Part shown: piece after piece, positions 34,980 to 47,142 of the stretch
How positions within the stretch are numbered: position 1 is the stretch's first letter
Layout: each line of letters starts with the position of its first letter
NCBI RefSeq assembly: GCF_016433145.1
Contig: NC_058131.1
Location: 711,108,069-711,172,068 of the forward strand
Reading direction: 5' to 3'
From: Gracilinanus agilis
Taxonomy: Eukaryota
DNA length: 64,000 bases
Program-made: the position numbers and the translations under genes
The notes under the pieces: model-generated
Seen by the model: only the letters and a program-made list of their open reading frames with translations
What the model was told of the DNA's origin: nothing
Database searches by the model: none

Positions 34980-36776
34980 TGGTGATGGCAAACCAATGAC
35001 ATGTGTGTCAGCACTGACATGCGTAGCCATTTTTGATGACATGCAGCCACCTGCGGAGAAGTATGGGGCCACATGCTGTAAGTGTTAAAATTAATGGTCT
35101 GGCTAAATCTATGAAAATTATAAATCTTTTATTTATAAAGTAGAGAAATACAAAAGGGGAGAAAAGACACTAACATATCTAATGAAATATTGTTCCAGTG
35201 CTTAACTCAGCCAGGACTTGTTAACTTTCAATCAGAATTAAACTATCTCCAGAAGACAGGAAGGGAAAACCAGCTATTCACTCACCCAAGGCAATGACTA
35301 GAGTTGAAGGTGACTCCTGAGGCCTACTTTCTTCTTTGAGCCCACCTTTTTCTTGAAGCCGACTTACTTCTTGGAGTGACTCTTGGAATTCATTCTCTAC
35401 TTCTTGGAGCGACTCTTTTCTTGGAATTCACTCTCTACTTCTTGGAGTGACTCTCTTCTTGGAGTTCATTCTCTATTAGCCTCCTTCACCAGACTTCTTC
35501 ACCAGACTAGACCCCTGCTCATGGATTTTCATGGCTTTTATGGTGGTTTCCTGTTCCTGCCTCTTTTTACAGGGGTCAATCACAGTTTCCAAATTGTCTG
35601 AGTTCTCACCTTTGGAACCACACCTTTCTGAGTGTGTGAACTCTTAAATTTCTGGCTTGTTCTATTATGGGGAAAACCAGAGGTGTTAACTTAAATATAA
35701 AATGTGGGCTCAGTGGGGTGGATAGAAGACTGGAAGGAACAATGGGTAAGACTTTACCAGCCAGGGAACCAGGTTTAACTATATGGGGAATGACCGTTGA
35801 CAGAAATGGCAGTTGGGCCCTAACTGTCACCCTGCACCATCTAGACAAGAGGCCTATGGAAACTAGAAGGCAAAGAGTTTATAACAATTTTAATTAAGGA
35901 AACTATGGTAAAGGATGGGAATAGGGGTTTCTACACTTTCAGCCTAAGGACAAACCACAGGGTCAGGGGAGGGACTTATTTACACTCATCTGAGACCTAA
36001 GCCAGACAGGGCCTAGAGAATAGCAGGACTGAAGTGGGTATCCTCACAGCAGAGTCCAGACTCACTCCAGTGATGTACTCTAGGACCACTAGCAGTGTTC
36101 TTTCAGGTGGGTAGATTCTGGGAGCTAACCCAGCCCAAGTTAACCTGCAACTCAGGTTGGGATTAATAGTCTCTACCAAAATCTCCCACAAGTAGATGTC
36201 AATCTTCCTTCAGGATCTTTGGAAATCTGAGGTCTCCTAGAGTCAGTTGCAACTTGTCCCAACCACCATGGAGTCCGTCTCAGAGAGCAAGGCACACTTC
36301 CTGCTTCCCCATTCCATTTGCAATTCTCTAGCCCTTCCTGTTAGGTCTCCTAAATAATAACTAAGTAATCCTCCTCACAACAGTTCTCACCTATCATCAA
36401 GTAAGGTGTGAACTCACTAAGTGGTTTGTGAGCTCCTCCACCTAGTTCAAGCTTGTATTGATTCAAAGTTATTGCCAACCAAAGTGTTAACTAAGCAAAG
36501 AGAACAAAGAATTCCCTTTTACAATGTCAAGGATGAAACATTTGCTGTAGTGTAGTGTAGACACTCTGTGCACTGTAGATGACAATTCTACCTATATTAA
36601 TTTACCTATTTTGGTTTATTAAATACAGTTATATATTACAATTATACATTTTTGTTATTTAAACTATAAATATTGCAAAATTATGGCTTTTTTCTTGAAG
36701 TGACATACCACCCGAGTTCTGCTCGGTTTTTTTGACGAATTCTGACACATGGAGCTCAAAAGGTTGCCCATCACTG
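34980..36776. mobile_element. OposCharlie1 (OC1)-like non-autonomous hAT element interrupted by an LTR
   Basis: (t)ggtgatggcaaacc...ggttgcccatcactg TIRs; perfect 8-bp TSD atttaggt (34972-34979 and 36777-36784); gacatgtgtgtcagcactgacatgcgtagcc resembles the OC1 5' end as recalled. Confidence 0.75.
35077..36523. mobile_element. LTR element (~1.45 kb) nested in the hAT element
   Basis: tgtaa...ttaca inverted termini; 4-bp TSD atgc/atgt; the host sequence ggccacatg|...|tcaaggatgaaac rejoins across it. Confidence 0.75.
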
Positions 36777-36784
36777 ATTTAGGT

Positions 36785-37865
36785 CATTCTTAGTTTCCTC
36801 TCAAGGCTCTATTCTGAGCCATCTTTTGTTTTCCCTCTACCTTATTCTACTCTGTGATCTCATCAGTTCCTATGGATTCAATTGTCATCTATAAGTAGAT
36901 ATTCTCTCATCTACTCAGCTCTAATCTCTCTCCTTAAACTCCAGACTGACATCTCTAGCTGGCATCTCAGATTATATTTCCTGTAGACACCTCAAATTCC
37001 AAATGTCCCAAACTAACCTGATTGGCTACCCTCCTCCTCCCCAACCCCATTTCCCTACTACTGTCCAGGGTACCACCATCCTTCCGCATTTTACCCCTTT
37101 GATGTCATAGTCAATTCTTTACTCTCTTTCAATCCCAATATCCAACAAATTCTTAGGTATTGTTGATTTCACTTTATTACATCTCTTGTAAATGCCTCAT
37201 TCTCTTCTCTGACACTTCTACCTTGGTACGGATCCTCATCATTTCCCACCTGGACTACTGTAACAATCACAGTTGATATGCCTTTGTCAAGTCTCTCTCC
37301 ACTGCAGTCCATCCTCTAGTCGGTTTTTAGTGATCTTCCTTAAGCACACATCTGGTTATGTCCATTCATAGTCTATAAACTCAGGTGGCTCCCTATTACC
37401 TTCCTAATCAAATATAAAATCCTGTTTGATTTTTTAAAGCTCTTCGTAACCTAGCTTCTTATACTTTACATCCTTCCACATACTCTGAAATCCAATGACA
37501 TTGTCCTCTTTGCTATTTCTAGGAAAAGACATTCCATTTCCAAACTCCCTGTATTTTCACTCATTATCCCTGATTCCTGGAATGCTCTCCTCCTTTTTCT
37601 TTATCACCTGATTTTCTTCAAGTGTCAGCTCAAATCCTACTTTTCATAAGGAGACTTTCTAGATCCCTTTTAAAGCTAGTTCCTTCCTCCTGAGATTCTC
37701 TCTCATTTATTCTGTATTTACCTTGTTTAAACCTCATTGTTTGCATATTGTCTCCCTTATTAGGTGATGAGATCTTTGACAGTAGAGACTGTTTTTTTGC
37801 CTTTCTTTGAACTCTTAGCACAGTACTTGGCACATGGTTGACATTCAGTAAGTGATTGTTGATTC
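36785..37865 (+). mobile_element. L2 LINE 3' fragment (~1.1 kb)
   Basis: ctccagactgacatctc...cctcaaattccaaatgtccc...ctggactactgtaac...cttagcacagtacttggcacatgg L2 motifs. Confidence 0.75.
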
Positions 37866-40759
37866 GACTTCTTCTGGTTGTGCCTGCCTGGTCCTGGGTG
37901 CCATACCTCTTCTAATGCAGTTTGGGGATGTGTTGGATTTCTTGTTTTCCATATCACAGCGTAGGATCACCTTGGACTCACCTCAACCCTCTATATATAC
38001 CGCAGAAGCAGGACCGAGGACTTGGCTGAAATGTAGAGGAGATACATCATGTTGATTTGTCTTAAATTTGGACTGAACTGTCCTTTGAGAGTCAGGAGTG
38101 TTGGAGCTGATTCATCAGTCTTCTGACTTTACAGAGAAACATGCTCTCTGGTCTGTTTCCTTCTTTGCCAGCCCAATCAACTCTCTGACTTGAAGGTGGA
38201 TGACCCTCATGAAAATCGGTGTTAGGGCAACTCCTCCTTCCTTCAGTCTGGGTGAAAACAAGTTTACTAATTCCTTTGTCAGTTAATCGTCTCCATGTTC
38301 CCATAGAGGGAGGCGTTCTAAATGGAGTAGAGGGCTAATGGATCCTATCAACAGCTTCCCCCAGTCGCCCTTATGTCACCCTTGATTGAACATTTCAGTG
38401 AGAGAACATTTGCTGACCTCTTAGAAGACACTTCTACTACAATGAGAAGAGCCTCAATGACCCCCAAAGGGGAACTTCCATCAGAATAATCTTTGAATAT
38501 TGGCGGCATTGACAGGCATGCTGATCAAGGCTACTGTTCTTAATGTTATTAAAATGAATAAGCTAACTGCAGTTGACTTTATATTATCCTCTGGAAGGTT
38601 ATTTAGACTCCTACTATACCTGAAGGAGAACTTCACAGGCAAATGCATGTCTATACACAGGATATGCATTCTCATGGTTATGTGATCTGATCTTTAACTG
38701 TAAAGATGTTTATGAAATGTCTCCTACATGAAGAGCTCCATACTTTTCCCCAATAGCAGTTGCGGAAGACATAAAATTAAAAAAAAGACAGAATCTCTGC
38801 TCACATAGAACTTAGAGTTTAGTAGGGCAAAGATAGAACCACAGATAACTGGAACCAGGAGTCCACTCATTACTGGGACCTCTTACGGCCCTCTTCCTAA
38901 ATGAGTAACTAGAATTACCCAAGTATTACTGAAATTCCCATTCCAATGGATGCTCATGCACTGGATAGGAATCAAATCAAAGAGATATTTCATTGAAAGA
39001 GGGAAGGGAGTCAAATCTGACCTCAGACACTTCCCAGCTGTGTGACCCTGGGCAAGTCACTTAACCCCCATTGCCTAGCCCTTACCACTCTTCTGCCTTG
39101 GAGCCAATACACACAGTATTGGCTTAAAGACAGAAGGTAAGGGTTAAAAAAAATTTCTTATGTGGAAGCACTGTCTCTGCTAGGTCTGGGTTAGATGGAA
39201 GAATATCCAGCTTGCTCTGTGCCCCCTTTTTTGCATTGGAAAGGATATCCTGATCTAGGCTCTGATGGGGATTCAAATCTCCAGTCACTACCTCTTCATA
39301 TCTATGTGATCTGGGCTGAGTTACTCCCTTGGCTTCAGTTTCTTTATTTATTGGCAACGATCTTTCTGGCAAGGCTCAGACATCTTGCCCTTTGAGGGGA
39401 CCTGTGGCATGAAGGACCTGGAGAGTTCTGTTTCTTTCCAGTGTGGAAAGAGAGGAAGATGATGTGAATTTAGAATTGGAGGGCAGGGACAGTTGAATTG
39501 CTCAGTGGATAAAATGGCAGGCCTGGAGTCAAGAGGACCTGGATTCAAATCTAGTCTCAAACCCTTCCTAGCTGTGTAACCCTGAACATGTCACTTAGGC
39601 CTGATTGCCTAGCCCTTGCTGCTCTTATGCCAAAGGACTGATCCTAAAACAGATGGTTGGGGACTGAAAAAAAAAAAGAACTGGAGGGACGAGTTTTCTA
39701 CTATAGTCAGAATGTTAAGATTTCTCTCTTAAGAAGAAAATACACTGAAAAGAGGAAGGTGGCAGGAAGGTTCCCAGGATATAAGCCCATGCTTTTAAGG
39801 GAGAAAGAGTGAAAAAAAAGCTAAAGGGGGAAGATAGGAAATATAAGGATATATTGTTATTATTATTGTTATTGTGATAAATTGTTACTATTATTGTGAT
39901 ATATTATTATTATCATTATTATTATTAGCATTGCTTAGGCGACTAATGTGCTAAGGAAAAAAATACTGGGATGAGCCAGAGGAACCGACACCCCTTATCC
40001 CCTTTCTAGGTTTTTTCCAGCCAGATATGAGCAAGCCCTATTTCTAAAAGAGCTCTTTTATGCTGTCAAGGACTGTACCTGCCTGAGCCAATATTATTTC
40101 TCAAAAACACTTGCCATTGACTCTGTCCCGTGCATTTTTATGTCCCTTTGTTTTTGTCTGAGGACTCAGCTTAGCTCAGGATGCCACACAGCAGAGGGCT
40201 TTTCCTGGTGTAGGGCGTCCCAACCCTGGAAGCCACTGTAAGAGAGTTTCCATTCCCTAACTAGGGGCATAGCTCCAGACATTCTGATGTTTCCTAATAC
40301 TAGGGCAGAATTGCTATGAACTTTTAATTTAAATTAAATTTGCTTCTAAAATAGTTAAATTTGCTTCTATCAGTCCATCAACCTAAACATCTTGTGATCC
40401 CCTAATGATTGCACATCACATAAAGATGTCTAAAGGCCCTTCCAGCTCTGTATTAATGATCTGATCTCCTTGATCTGCTGTCAATCCATCATCCCAGATC
40501 CAGTAGGATCCTGGCTTTCAGGTCCCCCAGGTTATTCTATGTCATTGGCAAGTAGGCTTTGTGGATGATCGTTTCCCTTTTGACCTTCTTCCATGACCAT
40601 GAATAGTTCTCCCACATTGGGTTTTTCTTTTTGAATATGTCAGCCAGAGACAAGTTTAATGGTGTGTCCATTCAGAGGACTCCAGTGAGGCCCCTCTTTG
40701 AGTTTTTGAGGCTCCTGGAGAGTGTAGTCCTTCCAAACAGGTGGGTGCTCAAATACGCT

Positions 40760-41210
40760 TGGTGAGTGCATTAGAGATACCAAAAAACATGCTTTGTAAG
40801 ACTTGAAGAGGAAATGTTGTTATAAATGGGGAGAGCAGGGAAAGCTTCCCAGAGGTAGCATTGGAGTCGATCTAAAGAGGATGAGTTGGAATTAAATGAA
40901 AGAAGAGGGTGGCAGCCAATAGTGTGAGAAAAAGCAGTGGTAAATGCAGTGTGCATTTGGGAGATAGTAAACAAAGAGTCTGGGCTGCAGTATAATGGCT
41001 ATTGATGGGAGTAATATGAGATAAAGTGTGAAAAGTAGAGTAGGACCAGATTGGGGAGGGCCTCAAATGCCAAGAAAAGATATTCTAACTGTACTCGGGC
41101 CATTGGGAGGTGAAGATTGAAAATTCTTGAGCGGGGGAGGGACATGCCCACAACTATTCATGAATAGGATTATTTTGGACATGTTTATGGAGGATGAATT
41201 AGAGAAAGAT
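40760..41210 (-). mobile_element. L2 LINE fragment
   Basis: Reverse-complement L2 motifs (gggaaagcttcccagagg, gagggcctcaaatgccaag). Confidence 0.65.
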
Positions 41211-42449
41211 CATCTAGACAGATTGATTTTATTAATTTTATTTTATTAAAAAATAGCCCTTATCTTCTGTCTTTTTGTTCATTTTAAGACAGAAGAAAAG
41301 CAAGAGCTAGACAATTAGGGTTAAGTGACTTGCCCAGGATCACATAGCTAGAAAGTATCTGAGACCAGATTTGAATCCAGATCCTCCCCATTCCAGGCCT
41401 GGTGCTCTGTGTACTATACTACCCACTTGCCCCAAGGCAGAAGATTTTAGAACTTCAAGGCAACTTAGAGGTCATTTAGATCAACTTTCTCATTTTAGAT
41501 CTCTCATAAGTAGGGGGGGGGAAAGCTCTTCACAACCAGTCCCATTCCTATTCTTCCAGTATTCTTAAACAATATTCTCCCCCTCACACTCAGTTATCTA
41601 GCCAAAATGGTTCATTTCTTGATCCCTCTCTATGTTGCTCCATCTTTTGTCTCTGCACCTTAGCATTGGCTGGCTCTTCTCCCTGGAGTGCATTTCCTCC
41701 TCAGTTCTGTCTCTTGGACTACTTGGTTTCCCTCCAGACCCACCTCAAATGATACAATCTCTTTGAGGTCTTTTCACCGAGCCTCCATCCCAACTCTCCC
41801 TACCCTGTATGGGATGGGGCAGGGTGTAGAAAGAGAGCTGTAATGAGGTGGTTGATGAGAAGGGTGTTATGACCATAACTTCCGGTAGGACCATTCATTG
41901 TCTTTAGACTATCAGAGTTACTAGGGACCTTAGAAATAATCCTTTAATTTTATAGGAGGAAGAAATTGAGGCTCAAGTAGCTTAGATGATTTTCTCAAAG
42001 TTATATAGCTAGTAAGTATCCAGAATGAGATTTGAATCCGCAGAATCACTGAATTTCCCAGTTGGGTTCCAATCTCAGCTGTCATACTTACTAGCGACAT
42101 GAACTTGGGAACCTGCCATTAAAATCCCATTCTAATCTTTCCATTAACTACACTTTGCTCCCTGTCCTCAGGCAAGTGTGACTATTTAGTCCAAGATGCT
42201 CTATTCCTTTAGGTTTTACTTATTTTTGTTCCTTTTAGTCTTTGAATGACTTTGTCAAACCTAAAAATGAGCAAACATTTCATATTGATATTTGTGATTG
42301 ATTCTGTTCATCATTCTTATGTGTGAGGGCCATCATTTTATCTTTTAAACATTCGATTTGGAAAAAGTTGTAAAAAGGTTGAAAACATTTGTATGTAGAA
42401 GTTTACACTGTAATGGAGTTAGACTTTTTTTCCCCCAGTGGGATGTTTT

Positions 42450-42635
42450 TTTTTTTTAAACCCTTAACTTCTGTGTATTGGCTCCTAGGTGGAAGAATGG
42501 TAAGGGTGGGCAATGGGGGTCAAGTGACTTGCCCAGGGTCACACAGCTGGGAAGTGTCTGAAGCTGGATTTGAACCTAGGACCTCCCGTCTCTAGGCCTG
42601 ACTCTCAATCCACTAAGCTACCCAGCTGCCCCCCC
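42450..42635 (-). mobile_element. SINE1_Mdo-type SINE
   Basis: TSD cccagtgggatgtttt. Confidence 0.88.
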
Positions 42636-43258
42636 ACCCAGTGGGATGTTTTAATAAAAGCTAATGGGAAAGTGATATTTGGTAAGGAGAAAATGTTCTT
42701 TTCAGAAATAACATAGTCAAAACACTGGATTTGGGGGCAGAAGATCTGGAGTTAATTTCTGGTTTGGCGAATAATCTTGAACATGTCTACTCCTTTTTCT
42801 GTGGCTCATTTTCCTCACTTATTTAATGAAGGGGTTAGACTAGAAAACTTCCAAGATCCGTAGTAGGACAACATCCAGTGAAAACAACAAATGAATAAAA
42901 AAAATGAATAAGCATTAGTGTGTCAGGTACTGTTGTACCTGCCAAGGGTATGATGGTAAGAATGAGATCGTTCCTGTCCTCAAGGAGTCACCATATTTTG
43001 TATTCAAGTGAGTACAAGGTCTATACAAAATAATTGGAGGTAATTTCAAGATGGTCAAAGCTCTGACAACTCGGGATGGGAGAAAGGTCTTCTTGTATGG
43101 GAGGTGGCAGCTGAGTTGTGCTTGGACGTAAATTGGGGGTTCTGAGGCAGAGATGAATAGATATAGCATGTTCCAGATATCAGGGATAACCTAGGCAAAG
43201 ATGTGCTTCTTTTTACCTATCTGACTCTCCTGGCAACTTTCTCTGAAGATATCATTTC

Positions 43259-43461
43259 TATTTTTTTTTAAACTCTTACCTTCTGTCTTAGACTCAATAC
43301 TGCATATTGGTTCCAAGGCAGAAAAGTGGTAAAGGCTAGGCAATGCGGGTTAAGTAACTTGCCCAGGATCACCCAGCTACGAAGTATCTGAGGCCAGATT
43401 TGAACCCAGGACCTCCCATCTCTAGGCCTGGCTCTCAATCCACTGAGCCACCCAGCTGTCC
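43259..43461 (-). mobile_element. SINE1_Mdo-related SINE
   Basis: TSD tgaagatatca. Confidence 0.82.
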
Positions 43462-43759
43462 CTTGAAGATATCACTTCTGAAGCTTCAGAAGATTCTTAG
43501 GTTATAAATATAAGATTTTGGAGATCTGAAAAAGATATTTCTAACTTCTCTCATCTCTTGGAAATATCAATGAGTTAATCTCAACTGTGGAAATAAATGA
43601 ATGGATTAAAATGAGTGAATAATCAGAAAAACCAAACAGTCATCATATAACGGTTAGAGACTTTGGAAAACTCAATTTATGTATGCCTAAGTGGTTCAAA
43701 CACATTGCAGTTTAATATAAAGAAAAGAGAATCCTTATAATTTTTGATTATTTGAAGGG

Positions 43760-43990
43760 TGGCCATGTGGGGAGAGGAATTAGATTTACTCTCTTTTTTG
43801 ACCAGAAGTCAGAACCAGGAACAAGGGGTGGATGTTATGGAGGGTGAGGTTTTGGAACCACAAGAGACAAGGTTTGCTGACAATGAGAGCTGTCCAGCAG
43901 TGAAATGGGCTTTCTTGGGAGGCAGTGGCTTTCCTCTCACTCGAGGTCTTCAGGTTGAGAATGGAATGGATGGCCACTTTTGGGGGTGAT
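43760..43990 (+). mobile_element. L3/CR1 3' fragment
   Basis: gaattagatttactc...gagagctgtccagcagtgaaatgggc...gaggtcttcagg. Confidence 0.6.
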
Positions 43991-44517
43991 TTCAAATACA
44001 TTACTGTTCAAGCACATAGAGAACCTCTGAGGCTCCTTCAATGTTAAGACCATGTGATTTTTATGAAGATTTAGTTGATCAGGAAATAAAATTCAAGTCA
44101 ATGCAAAATGAGCAGGTTATGTCAACACATACACCAAGTGGAGGTTTTTAACTGACCAGGTTGTTCAGAACCCCTACTGATGACTGACATAATGGATAAT
44201 TGACTTTTAATCAAGAAGACATGAATCCAAATCCCTTCCTTGACACTTACTGGCTGTATGACCCTGGCAATCCATTTAATCTCTCTGAGACTCACTTTCC
44301 TCATCTATAAAATGAGGATATTAACACTACCTATCCCACCTAGTTGTTGTGAGAGTCAAATAATATAATATGTATAAAACTCTTTTCAATACAATTCAAG
44401 TGCTATATAAATGTTATTATTATAAATAATAATGATCGCCTAGCCAGTGTAGGCAAAACAATTCAATGGGTTGTGTTAAGACTGACTCCTAGGATTTAGG
44501 CTGAGTTAGAGAGATAG

Positions 44518-44854
44518 CATAATGGTGAACCTATGGCACATGTGCCAAAAAGGGCATGCAGAGCTCTCTCTGTGGGAATGCCTGCAGTCTTTTTTTTTTT
44601 TTTTTTTTTCACTAGAAAGCCAGAGGGAACCAGGATAGAGCTGTTCCCCTCTCCTTCTCCATGCACCTGAGGACATTTCTCACTTCACTGGCCCCTCTTC
44701 CCAGCAACCCAATGGGAATGCTTCCTCCCTTGCCTGGGTTAAAGGTATGTGTGAAATAGGGGTGGGCCAGGGGGCAGGGTACAGCAATTGCTCTGGAGGG
44801 GATGGGGTGGGGTTGGAGCCTGGCACTCCATCTCTAAAACGGTCACCACCGCTG
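44518..44854. mobile_element. hAT MITE (same family as 8811)
   Basis: cataatggtgaacctatggcaca...ggtcaccaccgctg termini. Confidence 0.7.
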
Positions 44855-46354
44855 GTATAGTAGAATGGATATTGGCCTTGATCCTGGATTTACTACTTAC
44901 TGGGTGACCTTGAGTTAGTCAGAAGTTAAATCTCTGGGCTTCAATTTCCTTCTCTGTGAAATGGAGGTTGGACTAACTTCCCCCTGAGAACAGCTTCTAG
45001 GAATAAATTTTACATGTTTGCTTTGCCTTTATATCTCTATATATCTCATACATAGTAGGTATTTAATAAATGTCCGTTGGATTAGATTGGAAGCTATAAA
45101 TTCATGCCTCATGGATGATCCCCCAAAAGTAAAATTTTCCCCTATTGGGTACATGTAGCAATACTCTGGAGTATTTTTCTCAAGTCCAATTCCTATTGAT
45201 GAGGTGGGTACCCAGAACACAAAAGCTGTTTCCCACTTACAGTCTAGGAACCTTTGAGGGATTAGGGGTATTTTTCTAATGCTATTTGTTTGAGCCCCCA
45301 CCCGTATACTACTCTCCAGAATTATCAATTGAGAACCAATTGAATCAATTAGTCTTTTGTTGCTTTTTAGAAAAGAATATTGACTAAAGTGTTATTGTCA
45401 GCAGAGCTGGCACAAAACATCGTGCCTCTTGCAAATTCTGATGCATTCTTCCACCAGCATATATGATCTAGGGAAAAGGGGTCTCAGGCTTCTCATTCTT
45501 GCACATGTAGAACAAGTTATCCCCTCCTCCCCTGGTATATTATTTCTCCTGCATTTTCTTGAAAGAATCTCATCATATTGCCCATGGGTAAGGATTGTCT
45601 TCTGGAACTGGCATCCCCTGGGACCCATGGTGTAGAGGAAAGACAGTTTTAGAAATGAACAGGAGATATTAATTAGAATCCTGGCTCTCATACTTTTATG
45701 ACCTTGGGCCAGTCATTCACCTTTATGAACCTCTATTTCCACATCTGAAAAATGGGGTTAATAAATTCACTACCTTTCTCCTGGGGTTACCATAGGGAAA
45801 TTGCTTTGTAACTCTAAAGTGCTATTGGTGCGTGAGCTGTTATAATGAACAATTATGCTGTCAGCACCAGACAAAATATAATTTCAAAAAAGTATGGATT
45901 TAGTACAGTCGGCTAAATTTTTTTCTTCCTCCAATTTGCTGATGAAAACTCACCTTAAGTTTCAAGGCAGCAGGCCTGAACAAGTGACTTTTTAGCTCAG
46001 ACAAGGGACTTACTGGCCCAGTGGAGAGTCAGCCATACCATGGAGATAATATGGTACATTGCTTTAGGGTCAGAGGATCTGGGGTCAGACCCACATTTGC
46101 TGTTCATCATCTGTGTTACCCTGTATGAGTCACTTTACATTTCTGTGCCTCAGTTTCCTTTTCTGTAAAATTCAGTGGTTGGATTAGATTACTCAGCAAC
46201 TCTACATCTTTAAGCCAGAAGTAGAAGCAGCTCAAAGAACTCTTTAGGGGTTACATGAACCTGTGAGCTTGGTTGCAATGTCCTATAGGCTGTCTCCTTT
46301 CTTATTTGCTTTCTGTTTAGGTAGAACTAAACATAATACTGGACAGCTAGGTGG

Positions 46355-46580
46355 CACAGTGGATAAAGCACTGGGCCTGGAGTCAGGATAATTCCTCTTC
46401 CTGAGTTCAAAGTTGGCTTCAGATACTTACTAGCTGTGTGATCCTGGGCAAGTCACTTTACCCTATTTGCCTCAGTTTTCCCATCTATAAAATGAGTTGG
46501 AGAAGGAAATGGCAAACCACCCAAGGGACTTTGCCAAGAAAACCCCAAATGGGGTCATGAAGAGTTGGATAAGACTGAAG
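46355..46580 (+). mobile_element. Mar1-type CORE-SINE (MIR core plus RTE-derived tail)
   Basis: cagctaggtggcacagtgg head, ctcagttttcccatctataaaatg core, ggagaaggaaatggcaaaccac...ttgccaagaaaacccc tail. A similar copy lies at 48835-49075. Confidence 0.75.
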
Positions 46581-46933
46581 AAACAAATAATAGCCAGCAT
46601 GTATAGGGCACTTGAAAGTTTGCAGAGCATTTTAAATGTTTTCTCATTTGAGTCTCACAACTACCCTGGGAGGCAGCTGCTGTGATTATTCCCATTTTAC
46701 AAATAAAGAAACTGAGGCAGACAGAAGTTAAGTGACTTTGTCCAAGATCACACAGCTAGAATATGTTTGAGGAAAGATTTGTCCCCAGATTTTCCTGCTT
46801 TGACACTCAGTGTCCTATCCATTACACCACCCAGCATTCCCTTACAAGCTGGGATAAATCATTTAACTTTTGAGCCTCAGCCTCTTCAGGGGACTTTATA
46901 TTTGATCCTAGGGGAAATGGGGAGCCATATTCT

Positions 46934-47142
46934 TTAAACAAATGGTTTTTTTAAACCCTCACCTTCTGTCTTAGACTCAATTCTGTGTATTGGTTCCAAG
47001 GCAGAAGAACAGTAAGGGCTAGGCAATGGGGGATAAGTGACTTGTCCAGGGTCACACAGGAAGTGTCTGAGGCCAAATTTGAACTTAGGAACTCCTGTCT
47101 CTAGCCTTGGCTCTCTATCCACTGACCCACTGTGCTGCCCCC
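46934..47142 (-). mobile_element. SINE1_Mdo-related SINE
   Basis: Diagnostic core; approximate TSD ggag(cc/tg)atattct. Confidence 0.78.
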
